NCBI GenBank assembly: GCA_964016885.1
Contig: OZ024740.1
Span: forward strand, 219,852,001 to 219,916,000
Origin: Eledone cirrhosa
Taxonomy: Eukaryota
Reading direction: 5' to 3'
DNA length: 64,000 nucleotides
Shown here piece after piece: positions 15,713 through 29,980 of the stretch. Numbering within the stretch: position 1 is the first letter of the stretch; each line of letters begins with the position of its first letter. The translations under genes were made by a program, and so were the position numbers. Below the pieces are notes generated by a model. The model saw nothing but the letters and a program-made list of their open reading frames with translations. It was not told the origin of the DNA and did not search any database.

Positions 15713-17671
15713 CTATATATACTATATATATATATAATATATATATACTATATATATAATATATATATATACTATATATATATGTGTATATATACACACA
15801 CACATATATAATGTGTTGATTAGCTACTGTGCTTATAAACAAGGTTTGGATTTTTGCCCATTTCTCAGATAGAAAATGGTAGGTGTGCCGATTTATATTC
15901 AAGTATATGCAGTAATTACAGCCAAACAAAAATGTAATCTTTTAGAGTTACCAATCTCAAGATGTATTGTTGTCAGCAACATATGAATGAATGTTTGACT
16001 GAATGCAAAAAAAAAAAAAAGTCTTATACATCTGCTTTTCAAATAGATAGCTCTAGTGCCATACATCTAAGAATGATGGATGGACCAATGCGAAAAAGCA
16101 ACTTCATTTTATTTACTTGCTCATAATTTGTTGGTGTTGTGTTGTATCAGAAATATAGTTACTGTTATGTCAATACTTAGTTTATTGACTACATATCCTT
16201 ATATGCTACAATACACAATTATTATAGCAATTTTATTTTCCAGAAATGTGTATGGTTCAACTAATTCTGAAATTCAGAAGGAAAGAAAGAAAAACAATGA
16301 TGATGAACACCCAGTAGGGAAAACAAGGAATCTCAAGTTCTTCCAGTCATTTCTAACTTGACATTGGATTGGCAGTATCGGTAGAGGGTCAAATCTCACC
16401 GAGGTTGACTTTGCCTTTCATCCTTACGGGGTCGATAAAATAAAGTACCAGTAATGCACTGGGTAATTGCTAGCCTTGTGTCTAACGTAGAAACAATTAT
16501 TATTTTTATTATCATCATTACAACAGGGTTGATTAAATAATGTACCCATAACGTATTGGAGATGATTTAATCGACTTTCCTGTCCCCTTAAATTGTTGGC
16601 CTTGTGCCTAAATCAGAATTGTTATTATTAGGGCAGTGGATTAATAAATTTGTTAGAGTGCTGGACAAAATACCTTGCAACATTTAATTATGGCCCTTTA
16701 CATTCTAAGTTCAAATACTGCCACGGTCAACTTTGTCTTTCACCCAGTTGAAACCTAAGTCCCAGTCAAGTATTGGGGATCAATTTAATCGACTTTCCTC
16801 CGCCCCTAACTTTTCTGGCATTGAACCTCAATTTGAAACTAGTACTATTATGCCTAAAATGCTACAATACCTAAATGGATTCACAATTTTCACTAGCATT
16901 CTTTTGTAAACATAATTTTGAAATATTTTACAAGATAAACAAAAATTACCTTGATTATTATTTTAACTTATTTAAATGTTATATTCCTGTAGAACTGACA
17001 TACCTAGCTATTTAGTAAGTATACATAACTATACATAAATATATATATAGATGGTACTAACACAGCATGATTTGGAATATAGGTATATATAAATTCATAT
17101 TCAATATGTTTATTATATGGACCCATATACATATTGTATACAGGTCCATATATGCCTATATATATAAAAGGTATTAAGGCATCTGAATATTAGAAATATT
17201 CATTAGTTAGGTATGGCAGTATTTATGCTTCAATCTCTTGTAGGTACAGTTTTGATAAGTTGGTAGTAGTCCTTTTAACTTATAAAGTATTTCTTTCGTT
17301 AATCTAACCCTTATTTTATCCAAGTTCTACATTCCATGAGTTTGTTGTTTTTTATGTTTGAAATTATCAACAGCATTTGATTATTTTAAACAATAAGCTC
17401 AATGAAATTTGGTCTACCAACTGATTGTACCAGTCCTTGGCTAGTATTTTATTTTATCTACCCCAACAGGTGAATGGCAAAATTAACCTTGACAGGATTT
17501 GAATTCAGAAAGAACTGTAATATATATATATATATATATATTATAGTTTAGAATCTTCCACACATTTCTGCTGCTACCACTGGTTTCAAATTGAGCATGT
17601 GGCTTAGATTGTGTGAGTGCATCTCCATATACATGACTTTCGTTCAAGCAACTATAAACATATATATGTAT

Positions 17672-17899
17672 ATTTAGGAATGCAGAATGCAGCAAAATGT
17701 CTGAACGCCGCTTTAGAAAATCAGGTAAAAATATCCCCATAGATGGAAAAAGTGACCAGCAGTCACTACACAGAATTGAACTCAGCACATGTACCAGCTG
17801 TTGGCTACTTTTTTTGTCTATGAGAGTATTTTTACCTGATTTTCTAAAGTGGTGTTCATGGCTGTTTTCCTGTTTGGAGGATTTTCTGCATTTCTAAAC
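17672..17899. mobile_element. Hairpin MITE-like element
   Basis: Imperfect long inverted repeat, CTTTAGAAAATCAGGTAAAAATA/TATTTTTACCTGATTTTCTAAAG. Confidence 0.65.
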
Positions 17900-20029
17900 A
17901 TTTGAACTCACTCAATACTTCAATGTTTATTTACATTATATATAATATATATATATATATATAATAAATGGGAACAAAAATCAGTATTGCATCATATACA
18001 TATTTCATTACATATTACATATGTTTCAAAACTATATTTTGATATTTTGCCCAATGCTCTATTAATTCTGCCAAATAATAACAAAATCTTTTAAAAGGTT
18101 CTTATTTAAATTAAAACCTCCCAATATTATATTACAAATATCATCTTAATAAAGAAAAAAATATTTTAGCAAATCCTTCCAAATTTCTCATTAGTTAATT
18201 CAAATACTGTTTTTTTCATTACAAATGTATCTATAGGATATCTGGCTACTGTGTCTAGCACCAAACATATCTGTGGGAAGGTTTAAAAGAATACAATATT
18301 ATAAAATCCCCTCACCATACTTCAGGACAGTTTCATTTGTTAACACATATTGATTCCTCTGTGTTATTGGAATATATTTTACTTTATTGTCACAGATTGA
18401 TGAAATAGCTAAGTTGACACTAAATGGATATTCAGTAGTGAATAATCACATCTCTTATCCTGTGGACACAACATGGCAGAATGGTTAAGGAGTTTGCTTT
18501 GCAATCATTAGGTTCCAGGTTCAATCTGATCATGTGGCTTCTTGGGCAAATGTCGTTTAACATAGCCATAGGTCAAACCATGCCTTGTGAGTGAAATTGC
18601 GTTGACAGAAATTGTTTGGAAGCCAATTGGATGAACTGTACCTGATTTTATAACATTGTATTCTTTTAAACCTTACCCGTTATGCTAAAACTCCCAGAGA
18701 ATCACATTAAGGGCACATTTGTCTGTGGAATACTCAGCCACTTGCATATCAATTTCACAAGCTGGCTGACCTTTTGATCAAACAAATGAAACACTCATTG
18801 TCAAAATCGATGAAGGTCCATTCCATTCTCTTATCCTGAGTTTCACATGAAGTATTCAATTTAGATATTACTATTTGGTTCTTGCTACACATATACAAAA
18901 GATTATTATTGACACATTACACATATATATGTTAAACACCTATTTTACTGTCAGCCAGTAGTGGCAGTGCCATGATAAAATGCACTTGGTACATGCCATG
19001 AAGTAGTCAGCTTTAGGAAGGGTATCCAACTGTAGAAACTATGCCACAATGGAAAATATAAGCAAGACAGTCATCTGATCTGTTTGGCCTCAGAACATGA
19101 CAACTTGTCTAACCCGAGCGAGTATAGAAAATAGACAATAGACATTTAAACAGTGATGATGATGATATCATGTGGCTTTAAGAATTGTGGTTTACTATGA
19201 TTTGACAACTGAGCATCTTCCTCAATAATATAATACTACAATGGATGACTGAGTTATGTTAAAGATACATTAATTGTTGGCAGTTAATACCAACACAGAA
19301 TTCTTCAATAAATTTTATACAGCTCATTTTGTGTGTTTTTAATAAACTTTATACCTTTCTACTTCATTGTCGATAAAATATATTTGAACATGACAAGAGT
19401 ACTTCAGTTTAGCTGTATCAAACTGGCAATTGATGCTAAACACACACATATATATATATATACTTGCTGGAAATTAAATTTCAATATGATTATTATATGT
19501 AGATTGCCATAATAATACAACAGTGTATGAGATTGTTTCCAGTTAAAGAATAACAAAATGTAAAATGGTGTAACTAAACACCTCAAGGTGTTTTGTCCAA
19601 TACTCTAATGATTCTGCATAACAACAACAATAATCATCATCAACATCATCATCGTTTAACGCAATCTTCCACGCTAGCATGGGTTAGAAGGTTTTGTTCT
19701 ATTTGATGAAGGAATGGTCGGGAGACTGTGTCTTGCTCGTACGGAAGTGTCTCTGACAGGTTTTTTTTTACAGCTGGATGCCCTACCTAACACCAACCAC
19801 ATTTACAGTGTGAACTGGGATAATAATAATAATAATTGTTTCTACGTTAGGCACAAGGCCAGCAATTACCCAGTGTATTACTGGTACTTTATTTTATCGA
19901 CCCCGTAAGGATGAAAGGCAAAGTTAACCTCGGCGGGATTTGAACTTTAGAATGGCAAGGGCCGTAACTCTATGCGTCAAAGCATGGCGTCCGACCCTCT
20001 ACCAATACTGCCAATCCACCGCAATAATG

Positions 20030-20447
20030 TTTGTGGAAGTCACAGAGAAGTTAACCAAGTACAGAGACCTGGAGATGGAAATCAACAGATATGGAACATG
20101 ATGATTGAAATAATTCCCAGTGGTGACTGAAGGAGCTTTATGACTCATGAAGTAGGGAACTGAAACGTTTACCAACTATATCCAGAGCAACATCAACATT
20201 TACAGTCCAAAAGATCACGCTACTCTGTACAGCTAGGGGTGCAGCTGCATCCCCCCAAAAAAATTGTCGGAAAATTATGAACATCTGTACCCACCAAAAT
20301 AATAGGATCAATATACAACAAAGAAGACTGTCAATAAAATGTCATCATCTTTCCTAGAGCACTTCAGGCCAACAGACTGGACCTGGCTCTACACAATATA
20401 TAAAGATAAATTGAATGTGCACAAAATAATAATAATAATAATAATAA
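20030..20447 (+). mobile_element. R4/Dong-like (RLE) non-LTR 3' remnant
   Basis: EKLTKYRDLEMEINR...IIP...GAL resembles the RLE C-terminal KxxKY motif; the remnant ends in (TAA)n. Confidence 0.6.
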
Positions 20448-20449
20448 AG

Positions 20450-22079
20450 TAGAACAAAAAGGTAAATAATTTATTGAAGGTAATTTACAAAGGATTGGAA
20501 GAAAAAAAAAATACAGTTAAAAGGAATTGTTATAAGTACAGTTGAACAATGGCACATACACTTATAGCTAACTTTAAAGACAGGCTGAAGAAAATATATT
20601 TACTCAACCTCCACCTTAACAATATACCCGAAATGTTGCAGTTTTCAATATTTCATATTTTCCTGCGACGGAAATTCGAAATAAGAGAATAAATCGACCC
20701 TTTTAAAATTTTCTCTTGGAATAAATTGTGTGATATAAAAGTTTATTTGTAAAGAACGTTTTCTTATTTTCTTTTCTTAAATCATTCATTATGAATGTCA
20801 TTCCAAGCATACATTTAAGTGTATATCAGGGGAGATAATCGTTGGCTCTCTTCTTTATCAGATAAGTAGCACCAAGAAGTAAAGTCCTCTATTAAAGAGG
20901 ATAAGAGACATTAACAAAATTAGTGTTACAAACACCGAAACCTTTATAGTTGGGGGAGACTACTATAGAACAACAGACAAAAATACAGTCGGAAAATACT
21001 TTTTCTTTCATCTTGGTTATTATATTTGAATTTTAAAAAAAAACAGTGTATGCATGTCATATTTGCTGCATAGCCATTCAAACAGACAAAAATGTATACC
21101 TAACAAATCTAATAATAATGATCACGATAATAATAGCTTAAAAAAATTAAAGATAAATAAATAAAGACCCATTTAATAATATTGAAACTAAGATTTTGTA
21201 TATATGTATATAATTTTTTTTCAATAAAATCTCAAAGTATATATATCACAAATTAAAAGAAGCTACAACACAAATTTATATCTCTTAATACATTGTTTAA
21301 AATAACAAAGAAAAAATATATCTTCGAGTTTAATTAATGAAAATTAGAACCGTTTAAAGAGATTTCATCCTGGACACTGAAGTCTCTCTTCTAGTACTCT
21401 AATTAAAATGGCATTTACTAATTGCAAAATAAACTTTAGCTTACTAATTTGTATTGCCAATAATGTTTAAAATAATAAAATTCAAGAAAGCTGGGATATA
21501 TAACAAAATAAATAGATATTATGTAATAATGTTTGAAAAGCTTAATAGATATATCACTTATTTTGTTGTTGTTCAGTTCTAATTGTTATTAAGCATGTAT
21601 TGTTCACTTCATGGCTCACAGACATCATATGATTATCTGCCTCGAATGTTATATAGACAGGTGAAACCACATAATGTCAGGTGTAAGCAGTGGCAAATTA
21701 CTCAATAGGCACATTAAGCACAGGCCCCAAACCCCAGATTATTATATTTAAAAAAAGAGAAACTGACAAGACATTGCATAAGAAGGAAAAAAAATTTCGT
21801 TTAGATAATAAATTATATTAGAGTAATAATTTATTTTTCTTTAGGGTTATGCATCCTGTGTACATTAATGTTACTTTTGTAGTATAGAAGCACCATAGAA
21901 AATGTTGTGCTTGAGGCTCCTAGACTACTTTAACTGCCACTGGATATGTAAGAGAAAGTTGTCATGTTCGGCCTTCATCCTTGTCATTTGTTCTAAGAAA
22001 TATATAAACAATGACAATGATCTTCATCGTTGATTTATAAGAATTTATGCGAATGTTTCCATGTGTTTTCGTTTTCTAT

Positions 22080-22114
<35 letters not shown>

Positions 22115-22800
22115 CATTCACACATATACATATATAAATATATATATATATATACACATATGCACACATTATATATATATATATATATAAATATATGTGT
22201 GTATATGTGTATAGATATATATAATATATATACATACATATATATATAATGTATTTATAATAGCAGCCAAAATGGGTGCTTAGAGGGAATTAAAAGAGCC
22301 CAATCTGAGCAAATATCAATGTAGAGTCTACTGCAAATATGCAGTTTTGCTGCCTACATATGGCAAACTTGAAGCCAATATAGATATTTAAAAATACCCT
22401 ATGCAAATCCTATTAGTACAGCTTGTGTGATAGAAATCGGGAAAGGTAGAATTGACCGTTCATACTGGTAAGCAAAACTTTATAGGGAAAAAATTCAGTT
22501 TGTTAAATTATGAGACAGTTTCTGCTCTATGTCAACAGATGTAACAATGTTCTGTTGAGATTTCCTTACAAGTCCTGCCAATGATGAGGGTAATTTTTCT
22601 TGTATATTTCCTCCCATGTAATTTCCTCACAAGCTAATGTACAACTTCATGTAACATTACCTACACACATGGAAGAGTGTGCAGCTTCCTGTAACAACAC
22701 TTGTACATTATTGAATATCAATAAGCAAAAATCAGCTCATCAATACTTGATAATAATATTGCATTTACAATAGTAGAAAACTGTTTTTTGTACTTTTATA
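20450..22800 (-). other. Probable supervillin 3' UTR; candidate AATAAA at 20470-20475 on the minus strand
   Basis: AT-rich stretch downstream of the stop with few transposon insertions, ending near a poly(A) signal. The 3' end is a guess. Confidence 0.4.
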
Positions 22801-22887
22801 TCAAAAGAGACCAATATCTTGTTTTAATTTCGACTGCTTCCAAAGAGGCAGAGCATAATACTCCGCTTGTGTCATATTAAAGATTTC
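22801..22887 (-). CDS. SVIL: Supervillin last coding exon, headpiece C-terminal half (EIFNMTQAEYYALPLWKQSKLKQDIGLF*)
   Basis: CAG acceptor at 22888-22890 and TGA stop at 22801-22803; villin headpiece LPxWKQ...GLF motif. Confidence 0.96.
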   Translation of the reverse strand, partial: EIFNMTQAEYYALPLWKQSKLKQDIGLF

Positions 22888-23337
22888 CTGAAAAATAAAA
22901 TAAAAATATAACAATAATAATTAGTTTGTTTCATAAATTCTAAGAATTAACATGTATTAAGCTATATTATAAATTTGCTTTCCAACTTTTTTAATCCTTT
23001 AGCATTTAAACCGGCCATATCCAGCTAGAATTCTCTCACCTCTTTTTGTTACTAGATTTCTAAATAAAAGAGTGCCAGTGATTCTAAAATCATTTTAAAT
23101 ATAATCAAAATTTTGAACTTTTTCATTATTAAATTTGTGTTTGAAACAAAGTTTTTACACAAATTATGCTGGAAGATTTTAAAATATAGATACTTCAAAA
23201 TAACCAGTTTTATATCATATAATCAGGAACAGTTTCAGGTTGTTTGGTACCAAAAGCTGCAAGGACACATTTTAACAAGCAGGTGAAGTATGCACTCTTC
23301 CATTGTCTAAATAACACAGCTGATGATTAATATTTAC

Positions 23338-23493
23338 CTCAAATTCTTCCTCACACAAATATGTCTCAAGTCTTAGTGGGTCCACTTCTATAGGCAATGG
23401 TCTTTCTAATAACTCTTTCAATGGATACTGCATCAAGCTAAGACGAGTCAGTTCTTCCCTCACATCCACAAGGCTGTTTTCTGATTTTCCATC
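23338..23493 (-). CDS. SVIL: Supervillin exon, headpiece N-terminal half (RPLPIEVDPLRLETYLCEEEFE)
   Basis: TAG acceptor, GTAAAT donor, phase 0-0, 156 nt. Confidence 0.96.
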
Positions 23494-23797
23494 CTAATAT
23501 GTAAATAGAATTTTAAAAAGAGATAGTAAAGATTTTGTTGAATAAAAAAAATGTTGATACATTTCATAGATAAAATTATGTCTAACATATAAGAAAATAA
23601 AAATAATATATACGTTATAGATAAAACTATGTCTAATATGTAGGAACATTTAAAAAATGCTTATGTTTTATAGATAGAAGTATATCTAATAAATAAGAAA
23701 ATAAAAAAAAGGTGAATATATAGGAAAATACATAAAATGCTTATATATTTTATAAATAGAAGCATAAGTGATTATAAGTGATTTATATATTACTAAC

Positions 23798-23919
23798 CTT
23801 GAGAGAGAGTTCTTGAACCTCTTCATCAACATTCCAGAATGGGAACAGATTTGTAAATTTGATGGGTTCAAGTCCAGCAAAAACAAGATAGGCTTTGATG
23901 GGTGTTGTTGTCTCTTTTG
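23798..23919 (-). CDS. SVIL: Supervillin exon (AYLVFAGLEPIKFTNLFPFW)
   Basis: CAG acceptor, GTTAGT donor, phase 1-0, 122 nt; AGLEPxxFTNxFPxW motif. Confidence 0.94.
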
Positions 23920-24084
23920 CTGCAATATCAAAGTATTTGTTACTTCTTAACATGATTTTTAAGGGCTTTTCAATATGTAGAATACATTTTTATTTTGAAA
24001 AAATAAAGCGTTTTTTATAAGAAAAATATCAATATTGTTTATTAATTAGTTATTAAAATGAACTAAATCATTCATTCATTCATT

Positions 24085-24530
24085 CATCATCATCATCGTT
24101 TAATGTCCATCCTCCATGCTAGCATGGGTTGGACGGGTTTGTCCCATTTAGAGGCAAGTTGGGTCGGGTGACCATGTCTCGCTCATATAGGACTGTTTCT
24201 GGCTGGTTTTCTACGGCTGGATGTCCTTCCTAGCGCCAACCACATTTACAATGTGGACTGGGTGCTTTTTATCGTGACACCTACATAACCACTTTACAGT
24301 GTGGGCTGGGTGTGTGCTTTTTGTTGTGACACCTACACAACCACTTTACAGTGTGGGCTGGGTGGATGCTTTTTGTTGTGACACCTACAAGACTACTTTA
24401 CAGTGTGAGCTAGGTGGGTGATTTCTGTTGTGACACCTACACAACCACTTTACAGTGTGGGCTGGGTGGATGCTTTTTGTCGTGACATCTACAAGACCAC
24501 TTTACAATGTAGGCTGGATGTTTTGTGGTA
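24085..24530 (-). repeat. (GAT)n-tailed LINE/SINE 3' end with an internal 45-bp tandem array (about 6 units)
   Basis: ACCACTTTACAGTGTGGGCTGGGTG...TTGTGACACCTAC is repeated. Similar arrays at about 26090-26290 and 43590-43720. Confidence 0.8.
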
Positions 24531-24819
24531 CCAATGAAATGAAAACCAGCAAACACAATCATAACGCCACATGCCAATAACTTCTGATTGAGCTGAGAGC
24601 GGGGGAGGAGATTGCAACATAGTGATTAATATACGGCATGTCTTGGGAGCGGGGGGGGGGGGGGGGGGGGCATTTAAACTTGGAACCCAGGTCAGAACAC
24701 AGCTGGTTTCTCTCACATACAGATATGTATGACGAGAGAGAGAGGAGGAAGTTCCTATTTGAATATACAGCTGTACTTGTGTATATGTTTATAAAGAAAA
24801 TAAAAGGAGCATGACTAAC

Positions 24820-24978
24820 CTTTACAATAGTCAAGTGCTGTCTGCAGAATACAACGTTTCTCTACAACAAAACGAGATTGTGCTGATCCTGTGATGACAT
24901 TTTCGATATCTTCGTCTCCCTGAGGCCACCAACCTTGCCACACAAATACTTCATAGTTATTGTCCAGCAAAAACAAGG
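24820..24978 (-). CDS. SVIL: Supervillin exon (LFLLDNNYEVFVWQGWWP...TGSA...TALDYCK)
   Basis: CAG acceptor, GTTAGT donor, phase 1-1, 159 nt; translated by eye. Confidence 0.95.
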
Positions 24979-25753
24979 CTGCAATGAAATGATTAGAAAT
25001 ATTATACCAGTTGTTTAACCAGTGTCATCATGAAGACATACTCAAAGACAAACACACACATACCAAATATATACTCATACATATGTCACACCTCCATTTT
25101 ACATACAATATTCTTGGCTCAGTGCTTGACTCATATAAGCCACAGGGTGTGTTAATCAACATTGCTTTTATTATGCTTAGATGAAAATTCCATAGAAATA
25201 TTTAAAATTAAACATCATATTTCCTCCTGTAATATATCTAATAAATTTACATGTGAACAAATCTTTTGGTAGCTCTTTATATTATTATTCAAATGTAGCT
25301 GCAATTGAAGTTGCAACAACTATTTACAAGAAGAAACATGTAACATATGTACATGTTTATCAACACAAAGAAGATGTGTCTTATCTACTACTAGGACTTG
25401 TATATATGAGTATATAGGGTATTGCGTAGCTTAGTGGTTAGGGTGATCGGTTCATGATCATAAAGTCATGAGTTGATTCCCAGACTGGGCAGCATGTTGT
25501 GTCCTTAATCGAGACACTTTATTTCATGTTGCTTCAGTCTACGTAGCTGACAAAAATGAGTTGTACTTATAATTCAAGAGGTCAGTCTTGTCACACATTG
25601 TATCATGCTGAATCTTCCTGAGAACTACATTAAGAGTACATATTCTCAGACACTTACACATTAATTCCACAAATCAACTGGAACACTCATCATTGGAAAT
25701 GATAGAGGTCCTATAGACTACAATTATTTAAAATGGGTTTAAAGAAAACATAC

Positions 25754-25915
25754 CAGGTTGAGTAGTAACGTTGTAGAGGTCTGATTGTAAATATGGATAT
25801 GGTGTGTATAGATTTTCCATACAGGATGGATTCTTCACTTCAGTTACTTCAATAACACCAGGAACACTAGTAAACTCAAATAGTCGAATTGACCATTCAT
25901 AGGTAAAGGTGTGAT
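25754..25915 (-). CDS. SVIL: Supervillin exon (RLFEFTS...PYLQSDLYNVTTQP)
   Basis: CAG acceptor, GTATGT donor, phase 1-1, 162 nt. Confidence 0.93.
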
Positions 25916-27253
25916 CTGAAATAAGGAAATCAAAAATATTTTTAATTGTCACCATCATCATCATCATCATCATCATTTAACATCCATTTTCCATGATTCC
26001 ATGAGGCTAGTCAGGTCAAGTGATCACATCTAGTTCATAAGGATCTGTTTTTGGCTTGGTTTTCAATGGTTGGATGCACTTCCTAATGCCAACCACATTA
26101 CAGTGTGTGCTGAGAGCTTTTCTTGTGACACCACCACTTTACAGGGTAGATTGAGTGATTTTTTTTTTTTTTTGTGGTAACAGCATAACCACTTTATAGG
26201 GCAGGCGGAGTGCATTTTGTCATAGCAGCAGTACAACCACTTTACAGGGTAGACGGGATCATTTTTGTTGTTGTGGTACCAACACAACCCCCTTAGTTGG
26301 GTGAATTTTTGTTATTGCATCGTCAAAGTAAGTATAATTGATATTTTAGATAATAAAATATTCAATCTGAACATAGTAAATCAGAATTACACAATTAGAA
26401 TTATCTTATAATTATTCTTAAAAAAAAAAATTTCTTTTTTTAAGAATAATTATAAGATAATTCTAATTGTGTTAATATATATATATACATTATATATTAT
26501 TTAGCCAGTATATAAATTTCAAGATAGCAAATTGGCAGAGTCATTAGGACATCGGATAGTATGCTTTGTAGTATTATTTCTGGCTCTCTGCACTCTGATT
26601 TCAAATCTCACCAAGGTAAACTTTGTATTTCATCCTTTTGAGCTCGATAAGAATAGTATCTATACCAGTTCAGTACTGGGGTAGATTCTTCCTCTACAGC
26701 TATTTTTTACTTCTTCTCTATCACACACTCCATCACTGGAAGAAATTGGCTGTGTTCAAACCTGGAGAAAGATAGGCTCTGCCAGGTTTAAAATGCCCAA
26801 GAAATGCTGAATGTCACTATAGCACCCCTACAACTCCACCAGGAGTTATGGATTCATATGTACATATAAATTTCAAATGTTCATTCTTAAAAGTCAGTCA
26901 CTGGTCCTGTAACTCCTAATGGAATTTTAGAGGAGCCACCATAATATACTTGGTGCTCTTCACTTGCTGATTCATTCCAAAGAGACAGAGAAAGCAAGTG
27001 AGAAGAAGAATTGATTCCAGTAATGGACTGGTACATATTTATCAACCTTAAAAAGATTAAAGGCATAGATGGCCTTGTCAGGAACTAGGGGTTCTGAGAG
27101 CCAGAATCACTACTGCAAACCATTCTATCCAACACCCCAGTAACTCTGCAAAATTGTTGCCTTTTTTTTTTAAAGTAGTTTACATGAATTAAAATATTAA
27201 CAAGAACAAAAAAAAAAGGATTTTTCATAAAATAAAAGATTTCTAGAGCATAC

Positions 27254-27387
27254 CATTTAGAAGTGACATGTATTGTCTCCTGTCATTTCCAGATAAAATT
27301 GTCCAAAATTCTGAAGTTTCTGAACCTTCATCAAACTGAGTAACATTCAAGGTAATATTTGCAGGTAATCCAACTTCAAGTGGATTG
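27254..27387 (-). CDS. SVIL: Supervillin exon (NPLEVGL...DEGSETSEFWTIL...YMSLLN)
   Basis: TAG acceptor, GTATGC donor, phase 2-1, 134 nt; translated by eye. Confidence 0.93.
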
Positions 27388-29980
27388 CTAAAAATTAAAA
27401 ATAATTTGCCATTAATATACCATAATTATTAATTAGTCATTTTAAAATTTGAAATAATAAAAAAAAAAATGTATGTTCTGCTTAAATTATTGAGAGAAAA
27501 ACATAGATGCTATTGCTGTTGTTGTTTTCTTTTTCAGGAACAGTGTATCTAGGACTACATTATCCAATGTACTCTCCCTTTTATTTTAATGTTTATATTC
27601 ATTTAATAACCTTCCATCATAAGTTATATATGAAACTTTGTTGTTACAAACAATAGCTTAATTTAGTTAGTTTTTTTACTAAATCCCTACAATGTCTGGA
27701 CTATTTTAAAAATAATTTTAAACTGAAGATGAAATAGCTTTGACAATTAGATAACAATCTAGTTACTAAATGTCAGGAAAGTGAACAGTGTATGTATATC
27801 ATCACTCATAAACTATTCACTTTCCTGATATTTGTACATTATTCTATGTACTATACATGCAACTTTGATGAGTTGTAGCGCACCTCAGCACTGTGCACAA
27901 TAATTTTCATTATTATTATTGGCAGTATCAGTAGAGGGTCGGACACCATGCTTTGCAGCAAAGAGTTACGGCCCTTTATGGTCTGAGTTCAAATCCCACC
28001 GAGGTTAACTTTGCCTTTCATCCTTACAGGGTCGATAAAATAAAGTACCAGTAATAAACTGGGATAATTGCTGGCCTTATGCCAAAAGTAGAAATCATTA
28101 TCATTATATTATTAATGGTTTAGTTACCTAACCAAAAGTCATTTTAACATTGGCACAAAGCCAGAAATTTGAGGGGAGGGTAAAGTTGATTATAATGAGT
28201 TCAGTACTTAATTGATACTTTATTTTATTGATCCTGGAAAGATGAAAGGCAAAGTTGACCCCAGCAGGATTTGAACTCAGAATGTAGAAAGTATTAACAG
28301 AATATTTTGTCTGATACTCTACCAATACTACCACTCTACCACCCTGGTTATCTAACAAATAATGGTTTCTCATTTAGGCAAAAAAACAACAAATTGGGGG
28401 AAGGGAAAAGTCAATTAAATTTACCTCAGTGCATTACTGGTACTTTATCTTATTGATGCCATAAAGATGAAAGGCAAAGTTAACCAAGACAAGATTTGAA
28501 CTCAGAATGTAAAGGGTCATAAACTCTAAGCTACAAAGCATGTTATCCAACACTTTACCAATACTGCCAATCTACCAGCCTAGTTATCTAATTAATAACA
28601 TAACTAAAGTGGAATTCAACTGATGTGTGTGTGTGTTTTTATAGGCAGCATAACTCTCCCAAAGTTTAACAATATCTGTTGCAAAACAACTTAGCAAAAC
28701 AATTACAAAGTCATAGAAATATGGTAAGAAAAGGGATAAGACAGTATGGTGTGATTTGAGAGAGATTTTTGGTTGATAGCAGGTTGAGATAAACCACATA
28801 GAAGCCTCCTGCTAGGTTCAAGCATGGATGTTAGATAGTAAATGTGAGAAAATGTAACAGTGACTATGTATCACATTCAATTATGTAATAACAAGTGAGA
28901 ATGGAATGACTATATCAGAAGTCTGATACAGATAGTGAGGACATTATATGATATATAATCTTACTATCTGTATCATAAAAGGAATGTATGATAAAAGTGA
29001 AAAGTACTAGATATATTTATGATAGCACATTGTTTACTTAACAGGTTGATGCTTATTACAAGGTTGTAGGATTTTGAGAAGCATCAATCAAATATAAAAC
29101 TACTACTGACTATTAAAATATTTAGTATAAGAAAATGTAGTTTGCTTGAAGCATTGTATATAACATATGTGGAAAGTGATATAAGGCTAAACAATTTGAA
29201 GAAGGGAATTTTAAGTCCCCAAATATTAGGACGAAAGAAACAATAGCAACAAAAAAGAAAATAAAGATTACCAAGTAACTAACTTTTTCATTACTATCTT
29301 ACAGTCCATTTTGGATTGTTTAGCCTTATATGACTTTCCACATTATATTTAGTTTGAACATTACAGCTTAGATTTTTCTCTAGCTATTTGAAAACTGACT
29401 GAGAACACAGAATGTCGGAGTAGACATAATATCTTGTAAAATGTTTGGCACCCAACTTAAACCAGTTTGTAAAAATGTTAACGTATTATCACCATCATCG
29501 TCATTGTTTTTATTTCCATATTTCCGTGCTGGCATAGGTTGGTTGGGACATTTTAAGGTGGTGTTTTATGGACAACACTTTTAGTCACTTCTTATGATAT
29601 GCATGCAATACATTAATAATAATTTTTTAAATAGTTATTAACAACAATTAACTCAATATAACTGCAGTAAAGAAATAAGAAAGTAAACTTGAAACATTTT
29701 CAATTGAAGATTTTTTAAAATGAATCTTCAAATTGTATTTCTAAGAAAAAAAAATTCTCATTGATCTATGATTTTTTAAAATGTTTAAAGTATAGACATT
29801 AGAATTTACAATTCTTGCCAAAACAAACCCTTCATGGGTTTTTTTTGGCAAGAACTGAATTACAATAAAACAAAAATTGAAATGGTGTAAGATGAAATAG
29901 ACACTAATGTCTGGAGAAGAAATTTTAAAATATTAAACTGGTAGCAACAACTAGTTTTACACAGCTCTTAACTATTATAA

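Noticed and set aside
24240-24520. Regularly spaced 45-bp repeats resembling a CRISPR array
   Set aside because: The units are head-to-tail with no unique spacers, the context is eukaryotic, and there are no cas genes.
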